DNA from: Acutalibacteraceae bacterium
GTDB taxonomy: Bacteria; Bacillota; Clostridia; Oscillospirales; Acutalibacteraceae
DNA: 64,000 bases
NCBI GenBank assembly: GCA_045589375.1
Contig: JAZNOY010000042.1
Coordinates: 101 to 64,100, forward strand
Direction: 5' to 3'
The notes beneath the pieces are model-generated. The model saw nothing but the letters and a program-made list of their open reading frames with translations. It did not search any database and was not told the DNA's origin. The translations under genes were made by a program, and so were the position numbers. This document shows positions 36,214 through 45,745 of the stretch, piece after piece. The stretch's first letter is position 1; the number at the start of each line of letters is the position of its first letter.

Positions 36214-37968
36214 TTATTCCTTTGTATACTTTTTACGAGCTACATAGCTTGTATGCAAATCGTGGTGAGCCTTATGACCGCCGAAGCCATCGGTATACCA
36301 CTCATCGTAAAGAGCCTTTACAACGGGTGATTCGTGTGACATACGAAGAGCCATAGAAGAATCCTGGTCATACAATGCCTTTGCACGAACTGCCTTAAGG
36401 TCAACGGTATCACGAATATACTGAGGCTGAATCGGTTGACCGCCGCCGTTTACACAGCCGCCCGGACAACCCATTATCTCGATAAAGCCCCAACCCTGCG
36501 GATTGCCTGCTTTAAGCTGGTCCATAACATATTTTGCAGCACCAGCGCCCGAAGCCACGGCAAGCTTAAGGTCGGTTCCGCCAACATTAACGGTGGTCTG
36601 CTTAAGTCCCATTGTTCCGCGAACTGCCTCAAGCTCAATCGGAGCAGTAGCGCCGTTAAGCCAAGCGTTTGCAGTTCTAACTGCCGCTTCCATAACACCG
36701 CCTGTTGCGCCGAATATAACGGCAGCACCGGTATCTTCACCTAGAGGATTATCAAATTCCTCATCGGGTAAAGCTGCAAAATTAAGGCCTAATCTATCAA
36801 TCATTCTGCCAAGCTCACGGGTTGTGATAGCAATATCAACATCAGGAACACCTGCTGCGGATTCATTATCACGGCCGATTTCAAACTTCTTAGCAGTGCA
36901 GGGCATAACGGATACCGAAACGATGTCCTTAGCCTCAATGCCCATTTTCTCTGCCCAATAGGTCTTAATAACGGCACCTGCCATCTGCTGAGGAGATTTG
37001 CAGGTAGAAAGATGGTCAAGCATATCGGGATAATAGAACTCGCAGAACTTAACCCAACCGGGTGAGCAAGAGGTAATCATCGGTAGAGTTCCGCCGGTCT
37101 TGATGCGGTTTACAAGCTCGCTTGCCTCCTCAACGATAGTGAGGTCAGCCGCAAAGTCAGTATCAAACACCTTATCAAAGCCAAGGCGGCGTAATGCTGC
37201 TACCATCTTACCTTCAACATTACTGCCAACAGGCATACCGAAGCACTCGCCGAGGGTTACACGAACAGAAGGTGCTGTTTGAACAACAACAGTCTTAGTG
37301 GGGTCAGCAAGAGCCTCCCAAATCTTATCAGTATCATCCTTTTCGGTCAAAGCGCCGGTCGGACAAACGGCGGTGCACTGACCGCAGGAAATACAAGGAG
37401 TATTATTAAGAGAAAGGTTAAAGGCTTGACCGATATTAGTATCAATACCACGGTCGTTAGCGCCGATAACATTAACAAACTGTTCTTTACAAGCTGCTAC
37501 GCAGCGGCGGCAAAGAATGCACTTGTTATTATCGCGAACAAGGTGAGGTGAGCTATTATCAAGCTCATAAACCGGCTTGAAGCCTTCAAAGGTTGTATCC
37601 TCAACGCCATAGTCGCGGCAGAGCTTTTGAAGCTCACAGTTAGTAGAACGAGCGCAGGAAAGGCACTTTTTATCGTGGGTTGAAAGAATAAGCTCAAGAG
37701 TAGTCTTTCTCGCCTTTTGAATCTTTTCAGAGTTAGTGCGAACCTCCATACCCTCGCTTGCAGGATAAACGCAAGCGGTAACAATACGGAAGCCTCTTCC
37801 CTCGTTTACCTCAACAACGCAAATACGGCAAGCGCCGATTTCATTCTTTTCCTTCATATAGCAAAGGGTGGGAATTTCAATTCCTACCTTGCGGGCAGCC
37901 TCTAAAACAGTGGAGCCCTTCGGCACGCTTACTGCAATACCATTGATTTTTAAGTTAATCATATCCAT
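36214..37968 (-). CDS. hydA: [FeFe]-hydrogenase catalytic subunit, group A multimeric (bifurcating) type
   Basis: N-terminal 2Fe-2S and His-ligated/4Fe-4S ferredoxin domains. H-cluster motifs are L2 VMPCTAKKFE and L3 EIMGCPGGCVNGGGQP. L1 reads TSCSPGW. Confidence 0.9.
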   Translation of the reverse strand: MDMINLKINGIAVSVPKGSTVLEAARKVGIEIPTLCYMKEKNEIGACRICVVEVNEGRGFRIVTACVYPASEGMEVRTNSEKIQKARKTTLELILSTHDKKCLSCARSTNCELQKLCRDYGVEDTTFEGFKPVYELDNSSPHLVRDNNKCILCRRCVAACKEQFVNVIGANDRGIDTNIGQAFNLSLNNTPCISCGQCTAVCPTGALTEKDDTDKIWEALADPTKTVVVQTAPSVRVTLGECFGMPVGSNVEGKMVAALRRLGFDKVFDTDFAADLTIVEEASELVNRIKTGGTLPMITSCSPGWVKFCEFYYPDMLDHLSTCKSPQQMAGAVIKTYWAEKMGIEAKDIVSVSVMPCTAKKFEIGRDNESAAGVPDVDIAITTRELGRMIDRLGLNFAALPDEEFDNPLGEDTGAAVIFGATGGVMEAAVRTANAWLNGATAPIELEAVRGTMGLKQTTVNVGGTDLKLAVASGAGAAKYVMDQLKAGNPQGWGFIEIMGCPGGCVNGGGQPIQPQYIRDTVDLKAVRAKALYDQDSSMALRMSHESPVVKALYDEWYTDGFGGHKAHHDLHTSYVARKKYTKE

Positions 37969-37985
37969 TATTTTCGGCTCCTTTC

Positions 37986-39806
37986 TTAAGCTTTAGTTAT
38001 AGCCTTAAATTTACAGTTGCCCATACATACACCGCACTTAACGCACTTATCAGCATCAATCGTATAGGAAGGAAGCTTATGGCCGGGTGCGATATAATCT
38101 GTCTTACTGATAGCATCGGCAGGACAGTTCTTTGCGCACATTCCGCAACCGATACACTTATCTGCATCAATCTTGAATGTGAGAAGGTCTTTACATACGC
38201 CTGCGGGACACTTTTTATCAACAACGTGAGCAACATATTCTTCTCTAAAGAACTTGAGTGTTGCAAGGACGGGGTTCGGTGCAGTTTGACCGAGACCGCA
38301 AAGAGAATTTTCTTTTATATAGTAGCAAAGCTGTTCAAGCTTATCAACATCCTCAAGAGTGCCCTTACCGGAGGTAATCTTTTCGAGCAACTCAAGGAGT
38401 CTTCTTGTTCCTACGCGGCAGGGAGTGCACTTACCGCAGGACTCATCAACGGTGAACTCGAGGAAGAACTTAGCCATATCAACCATACAGTTATCTTCGT
38501 CCATAACGATTAGACCGCCCGAGCCCATCATACAACCGATGGCTGTTAGGTTATCGTAATCAACCGGAGTGTCGATAAGGGAAGCAGGGATACAACCACC
38601 AGAAGGACCACCTGTTTGAGCAGCCTTGAACTTCTTACCATCGGGGATACCGCCGCCGATGTCATCAATGATTTCGCGAAGGGTTGTTCCCATCGGGATT
38701 TCAACAAGGCCTGTATGCTTAATCTTGCCACCTAAAGCAAATACCTTAGTTCCCTTAGACTTCTCGGTTCCCATAGAAGCAAACCAATCAGCACCGCGAA
38801 GGATAATCTGAGGAATATTAGCAAAGGTTTCAACATTATTTTCAACTGTGGGAGAATTATATAGTCCCTTAACTGCCGGATAGGGCGGACGGGGACGCGG
38901 CTCACCGCGGTTACCCTCAATAGAGGTCATCAAAGCAGTTTCCTCACCGCAAACGAAGGCACCTGCACCCAAACGGATATAAAGCTCGAACTCAAAGCCT
39001 GAGCCAAAAATGTCTTTACCAAGCAGACCATATTCGTGAGCCTGGTCAATTGCTATCTGCAAGCGCTTAACAGCAATAGGATACTCAGCACGAACATAAA
39101 CATAACCCTTTGTCGCGCCAATCGCATAGCCGGCTATTGCCATAGCCTCGATTATAGCGTGGGGGTCGCCCTCCAAAACTGAACGGTCCATAAATGCACC
39201 CGGGTCACCCTCATCGGCGTTACAAACAACATATTTCTGAGGAGCCTTATTCGGTGCACAAAGCGACCACTTAAAGCCGGTGGGGAATCCGCCGCCGCCA
39301 CGGCCGCGAAGACCTGAATCAGTTATGCACTTAATAACATCCTCAGGAGTCATTTCGGTAAGAACCTTACCGAGTGCCGCATAACCATCCATAGCGATAT
39401 ATTCATCAATATTTTCAGGGTCGATAACACCGCAGTTACGGAGAACAACACGGTTCTGTGTTTTATAAAACGCAGTATCGCTCAAAGCAACGTTGCCGAG
39501 CTCATCCGGTTGAACAGCGCCCTCATCATTATATACCAAGCGTTCAACAACACGGCCTTTAACAAGGTGCTCCTCAACGATTTCCTTAACATCTTCCGGC
39601 GTTACGCGGCTATAAAGGTTACCGTCAGGATAAACGATAACTATCGGACCTAATGCACAAAGACCGAAACAGCCTGTTTGAACAACCTTCACTTCTTCGG
39701 AAAGACCATTTTTTTCAATATGCTCTTTAAAAGCCTCTTGAATGGCCTGACTACCCGAAGAGGTGCAGCCCGTTCCACCACAAATCAATATGTGTGCACG
39801 AATCAT
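37986..39806 (-). CDS. hydB: NuoF-like NAD(P)H/FMN subunit of the hydrogenase
   Basis: N-terminal thioredoxin-like 2Fe-2S domain, FMN/NADH site GRGGGGFPTGFKW, 4Fe-4S motif CGKCTPCR, and two C-terminal ferredoxin CxxCxxCxxxCP motifs. Confidence 0.9.
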   Translation of the reverse strand: MIRAHILICGGTGCTSSGSQAIQEAFKEHIEKNGLSEEVKVVQTGCFGLCALGPIVIVYPDGNLYSRVTPEDVKEIVEEHLVKGRVVERLVYNDEGAVQPDELGNVALSDTAFYKTQNRVVLRNCGVIDPENIDEYIAMDGYAALGKVLTEMTPEDVIKCITDSGLRGRGGGGFPTGFKWSLCAPNKAPQKYVVCNADEGDPGAFMDRSVLEGDPHAIIEAMAIAGYAIGATKGYVYVRAEYPIAVKRLQIAIDQAHEYGLLGKDIFGSGFEFELYIRLGAGAFVCGEETALMTSIEGNRGEPRPRPPYPAVKGLYNSPTVENNVETFANIPQIILRGADWFASMGTEKSKGTKVFALGGKIKHTGLVEIPMGTTLREIIDDIGGGIPDGKKFKAAQTGGPSGGCIPASLIDTPVDYDNLTAIGCMMGSGGLIVMDEDNCMVDMAKFFLEFTVDESCGKCTPCRVGTRRLLELLEKITSGKGTLEDVDKLEQLCYYIKENSLCGLGQTAPNPVLATLKFFREEYVAHVVDKKCPAGVCKDLLTFKIDADKCIGCGMCAKNCPADAISKTDYIAPGHKLPSYTIDADKCVKCGVCMGNCKFKAITKA

Positions 39807-39824
39807 TTTCTATACCTCCAAAAA

Positions 39825-40196
39825 TTATGCTTCTAAGTCAGCAATGGTGTAGTCAGTAACAACCTTGCCGTTCTTTAGATGCTTTTCTACTACTTCCTTA
39901 GCCTTCTCGGCGGTCATCTTAACATAAGTAACCTTTGGCTTGCCTGCTTCATAAACCTCTACAACGGGTTCAAACTGGCAAATACCGATACAGCCTGTTT
40001 GGGAAACGGTAACCTTTCCGGCAAGGTCTTGGGCGTTAACGCCTTCAACGAATGCGCTAAGCACAGGACGCGCACCTGCTGCAATTCCACAGGTTGCCAT
40101 ACCTACTACTACGCGGATTCCCTCCATGCCTTCACGAAGAACTACCTTATCCTTCATTCTTTCCTTGATTGCTTGAAGTTCAGCTAATGTTTTCAT
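39825..40196 (-). CDS. thioredoxin-like [2Fe-2S] ferredoxin (HndB-like)
   Basis: 123 aa with Cys pattern ATCGIAAG...QTGCIGICQ. Confidence 0.8.
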   Translation of the reverse strand: MKTLAELQAIKERMKDKVVLREGMEGIRVVVGMATCGIAAGARPVLSAFVEGVNAQDLAGKVTVSQTGCIGICQFEPVVEVYEAGKPKVTYVKMTAEKAKEVVEKHLKNGKVVTDYTIADLEA

Positions 40197-40222
40197 ATAT
40201 TTCTCCCTTTCATTAATATCTA

Positions 40223-40777
40223 TTAAGAATCTCCGCCATATTGCTCAAGCAAATAGGCTTCAATCCATTTGATAACCTCGTAATTATTAAGCGGCACCTC
40301 GCTCCCAAGCACCTCGCGAAGCTCGCGGGTATCAAGGGAAACCTCCTTCTCGGCGGTTTTATGATTAAAAAGAAAATCAGTATCGGGATGGCCTTGAATA
40401 AGCGTTACAACCGAAGCGGTGACATCACCGAGCGGTGTAAAATCTATATGCTTCTTGAAAAAACTTGCCGTAACAACTGTTCCGTGGTTTTGCGCATTGT
40501 CCTCGACGCTTGTTGAGCTTATACTCATTTCGCCGCCCGTTTGCTCTGCTTGAAGCTTGAGCAAGGGAAGCCCGAGTCCCACCTTGCGAGTGGTTCGGGT
40601 GGTATAAAACGGATTTACAACACCCTCAAGCACTTCTTTAGACATTCCGCAGCCGTTATCCTTTATAGTAAGCGTTAACAGCTCCTCGGTTTCGGTTATA
40701 TATATTTCGGTGAGGCTTGCTTTTGCCTTAACCGAATTTTCGACAATATCAAGAATATTTAGCGATAATTCCTTCAT
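40223..40777 (-). CDS. histidine-kinase-like ATPase domain protein (hydrogenase-operon HydD-type)
   Basis: N-box LNILDIVENS, G1 IKDNGCGM and G2-like GLGLPLL. There is no DHp or sensor domain. Confidence 0.7.
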   Translation of the reverse strand: MKELSLNILDIVENSVKAKASLTEIYITETEELLTLTIKDNGCGMSKEVLEGVVNPFYTTRTTRKVGLGLPLLKLQAEQTGGEMSISSTSVEDNAQNHGTVVTASFFKKHIDFTPLGDVTASVVTLIQGHPDTDFLFNHKTAEKEVSLDTRELREVLGSEVPLNNYEVIKWIEAYLLEQYGGDS

Positions 40778-41508
40778 TTTATTCCCTTAAGCCTTTTTAT
40801 CAGATTTTTTCTGACAAGCTCACTGCTATACGGCTCATCATCAAGCTCGATTGCGACGTTATCCTCTCTTAAATCGGTGAGATAGTGCGCATCTGAGGAG
40901 ATTATTTTAAGCTTGCTTTCAAGCCCGTATCGCGCTATATACTCCTGTGCTTTTTCCGATTTATGAAACTCTACACAATCAAAGTGCGGCGTTTCGGGGA
41001 AAGCACCCAGCACGGCTATCGCGCCGTTTGAATGGCGGTCGATATGAGCAGGATAGCAAACACCATCGTATTTTTGCACGATAGACGGCACCTCTTCAAG
41101 CGAAATGGTGGTAGCAACCGAAAGCAAATTTGGTTCTTCGGATACGATATTATCCTCACCGTCTAATATATACTGATGACCGAAAATATCAGGTCTATTG
41201 GGAACCTTTATTCTGCGGGCCGAAACCTCTTTATCAAATTCCATCGCCTTTTCTAAATCATCAAAAAGGCATATCACATGAATTTCCTCCGAGGTTGTAA
41301 GCTCCATACCCGCAATTGCTATGATACCATAGCGTTTGGCTGCCTTGAAAAATGCAGGACAGTTTTGGCAGGTGTTATGGTCGGTCAGCGCCATAATTTG
41401 TATACCGTTGAGCGTTGCCATACCTGCAAGATTATTCGGTGTGTTATCGTCATCTCCGCAAGGAGACAGGCAGGAATGAACATGCAAATCGTAAAAATAC
41501 TTATTCAT
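40774..41508 (-). CDS. PHP domain (polymerase/histidinol phosphatase-like) metal-dependent phosphoesterase
   Basis: N-terminal YDLHVHS motif, with further His/Asp ligands (TDHNT, SDAHY). Confidence 0.8.
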   Translation of the reverse strand: MNKYFYDLHVHSCLSPCGDDDNTPNNLAGMATLNGIQIMALTDHNTCQNCPAFFKAAKRYGIIAIAGMELTTSEEIHVICLFDDLEKAMEFDKEVSARRIKVPNRPDIFGHQYILDGEDNIVSEEPNLLSVATTISLEEVPSIVQKYDGVCYPAHIDRHSNGAIAVLGAFPETPHFDCVEFHKSEKAQEYIARYGLESKLKIISSDAHYLTDLREDNVAIELDDEPYSSELVRKNLIKRLKGIK

Positions 41509-41830
41509 CTAAAAACTCTTGAAGCTTCAGCGCCGTTTCGTAAGCCGGAAGCTCTGAAGAAAACACATTAACGAGCTTTGCCTCGGCTTCCTTAACGATA
41601 CCCTCATCAAGCTCTACGCCTTCCGCCAATATAACACACGCTGTATCGGCAAGCGAGGCAACCGCTATAACATTAATGTTGGACATAATCGTTATCCACG
41701 CACTGTCTGCCCCCGCTCTGCCCATAACCCAGCTAAGCAAATCGCCTATATAAACACCGGATATTTCACGCTCACCATCGGGCAAGGAAATCGCTTTAAA
41801 GCCAAGACGAGTAAGCTCACTTACCTTCAT
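41501..41830 (-). CDS. DRTGG domain protein
   Basis: 109 aa. It is a paralog of the 43530-43886 product, and its size and pattern fit the DRTGG family. Confidence 0.6.
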   Translation of the reverse strand: MKVSELTRLGFKAISLPDGEREISGVYIGDLLSWVMGRAGADSAWITIMSNINVIAVASLADTACVILAEGVELDEGIVKEAEAKLVNVFSSELPAYETALKLQEFLDE

Positions 41831-43091
41831 CGCAATCCCTCCTGCTTAAAAGAACACATTTTTTAATTTCTGCTTTATCTCGATGATTGCGAACGATATC
41901 CTCCGCAAAGGCTCTGCAGGTAGGAGCACCGCAAGCACCGCAATCTATTCCGGGAAGCTCCTTGCGAAGCTTCTGAATATCTGACATCATTCTCATAGAC
42001 TCAGCCATATTATCGCTCAGCCTACTTATCGGATTGTATTCGGGAAGCTCGTTAAAGAAATAATCCTCGGGAATGTATTTTTCTTCCACAGGTGAAAGAA
42101 AGTTCTGCGAAACGGGCAAATATCTTCGGAGGCTTTGCAGCCTTGCCTTTGCTATAAAGGGGTTTTGCATACAAAGCACGCCGCCGACGCAGCCACCCGT
42201 GCAGGCATTAAGCTCTATAAATTTAAGAGGCGGTATGTTTCCGTTTTCTATTTGGTCTAACACATGGATAACATTTTCAATTCCATCTGCCGCCAAATAA
42301 TCCTCGTTGAATATTGCTGTTGCTTCGCCGCCCGAGCTTGCCCAGCCTATTCCAATCATTCCAGATTGCGAAAGTGATTTTATTTCACAGTCCTTATCCA
42401 TCGCACTTATAAGCGAAAAATAAATATCGCTGATAGAAACCACCGCATCAACTGCGCTTTCATAATCCGCAAAGCCGTTTTTAACATAGCTTGACTTCGC
42501 AGGACACGGGGATATAAAGCAAACGCCTATTTCCTCGCTCGAAAGCTCGGGATGCTCTTTTAAGGCCTTTTTCTTTGCAAGCCTTGCCGCCATTTCCATA
42601 GGAGGCAGCATTTTGAGTATATTTTCGTTAAGTGACGGGAAGCGAAGCCCTATAAGCCTCACAACTACCGGACAAGCCGAGCTTATAACCGGCGTTTTAA
42701 TACCGTCAGTCTTAAGATATAATCTTGTATAGGCAGAAACCAGCTCTGCCGCTTTCGAGACCTCGTAAACATCATCGAAGCCTATCTTAAGCAAACCATC
42801 AAGAACATAATCGACATCATCAAGATTATCGAACTGACCATAAAGCGAGGGCGCCGGAAGAGCAATTTTCCATTTGAATTTTTCCATAGCCTCAAGCTTA
42901 TCGCAAACCGCTTTCTTGGCTTTATGGGGGCAAACCCTTATACATTCGCCACAGTCAATACAACGCTCTGAATTAATAACCGCCTTACCGTCTTTAATTC
43001 TGATAGCCTCCGTGGGACAACGGTGCAGACAGGTGGTGCACCCTGCACACTTTTCGCTATCGAGTAAAACAGAATGTTCGTATTTATTCAT
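41817..43091 (-). CDS. sensory-type [FeFe]-hydrogenase-like protein (H-domain with altered L1, no PAS)
   Basis: Two N-terminal CxxCxxCxxxCP motifs. L1 is SSACP (Ala at the proton-relay Cys position), L2 is SPCPAKS and L3 is ELNACTGGCVGGV. There is a C-terminal extra Cys motif, CGACGAPTC. Confidence 0.72.
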   Translation of the reverse strand: MNKYEHSVLLDSEKCAGCTTCLHRCPTEAIRIKDGKAVINSERCIDCGECIRVCPHKAKKAVCDKLEAMEKFKWKIALPAPSLYGQFDNLDDVDYVLDGLLKIGFDDVYEVSKAAELVSAYTRLYLKTDGIKTPVISSACPVVVRLIGLRFPSLNENILKMLPPMEMAARLAKKKALKEHPELSSEEIGVCFISPCPAKSSYVKNGFADYESAVDAVVSISDIYFSLISAMDKDCEIKSLSQSGMIGIGWASSGGEATAIFNEDYLAADGIENVIHVLDQIENGNIPPLKFIELNACTGGCVGGVLCMQNPFIAKARLQSLRRYLPVSQNFLSPVEEKYIPEDYFFNELPEYNPISRLSDNMAESMRMMSDIQKLRKELPGIDCGACGAPTCRAFAEDIVRNHRDKAEIKKCVLLSRRDCDEGK

Positions 43092-43111
43092 ACCTTAACC
43101 CTAAATGCAGT

Positions 43112-43537
43112 TTAGCTTAAATTGACACGCATTGTAATGGTGGTTCCGCTACCTACAACGGTCTCTATCTTCATATCATCGGAATAGCGCTTCATATTAG
43201 GAAGTCCCATACCGGCTCCAAAGCCTAAAGACCTGATTGTATCGGTTGCAGTAGAAAAGCCCTCCTGCATAGCCTGTTCTATATTTTTAATGCCGGGACC
43301 ATGGTCGGAAAGAACAATCTCTATGTAATCCTCATAAACGCGCACCTCGGCATCACCGCCGCCCGCATGGATTACCATATTGATTTCACCCTCATACATA
43401 GCTATTGACACTCGCCTTATTATTTCGGGAGATATGCCAAGCTGACGAAGGTTCTTCTTTACCTGAACTGAAGCCTGACCGGCCGAAGTAAAGTTTCCTC
43501 CATCCACATCAAAGTGGAAAATCAATGCTTCAGACAT
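43112..43537 (-). CDS. SpoIIAB/RsbW-like serine kinase (HATPase_c, anti-sigma-factor-type)
   Basis: 141 aa. N-box-like YEGEINMVIHAG and G-boxes SDHGPGI and GFGAGMGLPN. Confidence 0.7.
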   Translation of the reverse strand: MSEALIFHFDVDGGNFTSAGQASVQVKKNLRQLGISPEIIRRVSIAMYEGEINMVIHAGGGDAEVRVYEDYIEIVLSDHGPGIKNIEQAMQEGFSTATDTIRSLGFGAGMGLPNMKRYSDDMKIETVVGSGTTITMRVNLS

Positions 43538-43886
43538 GACGAGTCACATTGCCGGTAAGGCCGTTTGTATATAAAATGCCGCAGGCATCATACATACGCT
43601 TATCGGTGGTCATAAGAACTATACCGTGTTCACGGGCAAGCTCAATCATATCCTCACTCGGAGCCTTTGAACGAACGAAAACGATGCATATCATATCCAT
43701 CATTTCGGCCGTTCTGATTACCTGAGGATTAACAAGTCCCGTAAGCAAAACGGCTTGGTCCTTAACATAGGCCAAAACATCACTCATCATATCGCTTCCG
43801 CAAGCGGAATATACATGGCGGTCGAGCATTTCCTCGTTACAAAGCACCTCGGCACCAAGCAGTTCTTTAATGGTAGTAATTTTCAT
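43530..43886 (-). CDS. DRTGG domain protein
   Basis: 118 aa with a LLTGLVNPQ...IVFVRSK...IVLMTT pattern. Confidence 0.65.
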   Translation of the reverse strand: MKITTIKELLGAEVLCNEEMLDRHVYSACGSDMMSDVLAYVKDQAVLLTGLVNPQVIRTAEMMDMICIVFVRSKAPSEDMIELAREHGIVLMTTDKRMYDACGILYTNGLTGNVTRHV

Positions 43887-43913
43887 AAAGCCATTTCCTT
43901 CTGCTAAAGCAGT

Positions 43914-44414
43914 TTATTTATTCATATATTTATCCAAAATTCCGTCAACATCGTCAACGGTAAGTCTGCCGTAAACCTCATCGTTTACAGTGAGAACGGG
44001 AGCAAGACCGCACGCACCTATGCAACGGCAGGCGGTAAGGGAAAATTTACCGTCAGCAGTGCATTCATCGGCACCGATGCCCAAGCGCTCACTTAGTTTA
44101 TCGAATATAGGACCTGCGCCCTTAACATAGCAAGCAGTTCCAAGGCAAACAGAAATATTATATTTGCCCTTGGGAGAGAGTGAAAACTGAGCATAGAAGG
44201 TTGATACACCATAAACCTGCTCAAGCGACACATCCATACCCTCAGCTATCATTTCCTGCACTTCAAGCGGGAGATAACCATAGATATCCTGTGCCTTCTG
44301 CATTACTACCATAAGGTTGCTCTTATCAGCTTTATGCTCTTCAATGACCTGCATAAGCTGAGCTTCTTGCTCTGCGGTTCCCTTAAACGGAAGTTTGCTT
44401 ATTTTCTTCTTCAT
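43914..44414 (-). CDS. hydC: NuoE-like [2Fe-2S] subunit of the hydrogenase
   Basis: Thioredoxin-like ferredoxin with CLGTACYVKG...CRCIGACGLAP. It is the first gene of the operon. Confidence 0.9.
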   Translation of the reverse strand: MKKKISKLPFKGTAEQEAQLMQVIEEHKADKSNLMVVMQKAQDIYGYLPLEVQEMIAEGMDVSLEQVYGVSTFYAQFSLSPKGKYNISVCLGTACYVKGAGPIFDKLSERLGIGADECTADGKFSLTACRCIGACGLAPVLTVNDEVYGRLTVDDVDGILDKYMNK

Positions 44415-44589
44415 TAAAAGTTCCTCCTCATATTAATACAACGGCAATCGGCCTAAGGCAGAATTATCGTTATATTTTTATCAATATTCATAATACCACA
44501 AAACTCATCGTTTGCAAAGCATTTTTACAAAAAAAAATTAAATTTTTCTTTTTTCGTCAATAAGCATAAAAATTCGCTCTAAAAACATA

Positions 44590-44632
44590 AAAATAACAGC
44601 TCTAAGACGAGCTTAGAACTGTTATTTATAAG
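44590..44632 (-). terminator. intrinsic terminator after pepP
   Basis: Minus strand reads aataacagttctaag-ctcg-tcttagagctgttatt then TTTT. Confidence 0.65.
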
Positions 44633-44677
44633 GTGACAAGCATATTCCGCACCTTTGTAACGGTTGTATGGAATTAA

Positions 44678-45745
44678 TTACAGTATTATCAAATTTTTAG
44701 GTGAGGCAGTTAAATTTTTACAGCCGTTTTCGGTGGTCCAAATCATATCCTCAATTCTAACTCCGAATTTATTTTCAAGATAAATGCCCGGCTCAACGGT
44801 CATCACCGTTCCGGCTTTAAGTATTGTTTCGCAGCGCATATTGAAATTGGGGCTTTCGTGTATTTCTATACCCACGCTGTGTCCGAGTCCGTGGCCAAAG
44901 CAGCCCTCAAAGCCTGCCGAGTAAATTATATCCCTTGCTACCTTATCTATATCCTTGCAACGAACGCCCGCTTTTATAGCCTTAATTGCTTCAAGCTGGG
45001 CTTTAAGCACCGTTTCGTAAACGCGCTTTTGCTCATCGGTTATATTGCCGAGCGCTACCGTCCTTGTCATATCAGAGCGATAACCGTCCACCACAGCGCC
45101 AAAATCCATTGTTATAAAATCGCCCTTTTCAATTTTCTTATCGGTGGGCACCCCGTGAGGCAAGGATGAGTTTTTGCCCGATACCACTATAAAATCGAAG
45201 GAAACTCCCTCGCTACCGAGCTTTCTCATAAAGAACTCCATATCGAGCATTACCTCGCGCTCGGTTCTGCCCTCGGATATTCTTTCACAAATATACTCAA
45301 AGGTTTTATCGGTTAGCTCCTGCGCTTTCATAATAAGTGCGAGTTCGTCTTTATCCTTAACGCTTCTAAGCTCGGTAAGACACTTACTTAAGGTGCTTTC
45401 GCGAGATACCTCTACGCCCTCAAAGGCTTCGGTTAAAGCCGCAAACTCCGAAACGCTTACCGCCTCGCTCTCGAGCAACAGTTTTTTTACGCCCTTTTCC
45501 TTAAGGATATCAAAAATCTCACTCTTTTGATTAGAAGAAAGCAAAACCTCGCAGCTTTTTACTACCTCTTTCGCCTTTTCAAAATAGCGAAAATCAATTA
45601 AAAAATAAGCACTCTCCTGTGTTACAACAACCGCGCCCGCGCTTGTTTCAAAGCCCGTTATATAAAAGCGGTTAGGCTCGCTCGTTATGAGTGCCGCAGT
45701 TTTACTATCGAGCAATTTTTGAATTTCAAATACACTGTTTTTCAT
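44678..45745 (-). CDS. pepP: Xaa-Pro aminopeptidase (M24B)
   Basis: The start is set at ATG 45745, in an ATGA overlap with the pepD stop. M24 metal ligands are DFGAVVDGYRSDMTR, HGLGHSVGIEIHE, EPGIY and RIED. Confidence 0.85.
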   Translation of the reverse strand: MKNSVFEIQKLLDSKTAALITSEPNRFYITGFETSAGAVVVTQESAYFLIDFRYFEKAKEVVKSCEVLLSSNQKSEIFDILKEKGVKKLLLESEAVSVSEFAALTEAFEGVEVSRESTLSKCLTELRSVKDKDELALIMKAQELTDKTFEYICERISEGRTEREVMLDMEFFMRKLGSEGVSFDFIVVSGKNSSLPHGVPTDKKIEKGDFITMDFGAVVDGYRSDMTRTVALGNITDEQKRVYETVLKAQLEAIKAIKAGVRCKDIDKVARDIIYSAGFEGCFGHGLGHSVGIEIHESPNFNMRCETILKAGTVMTVEPGIYLENKFGVRIEDMIWTTENGCKNLTASPKNLIIL

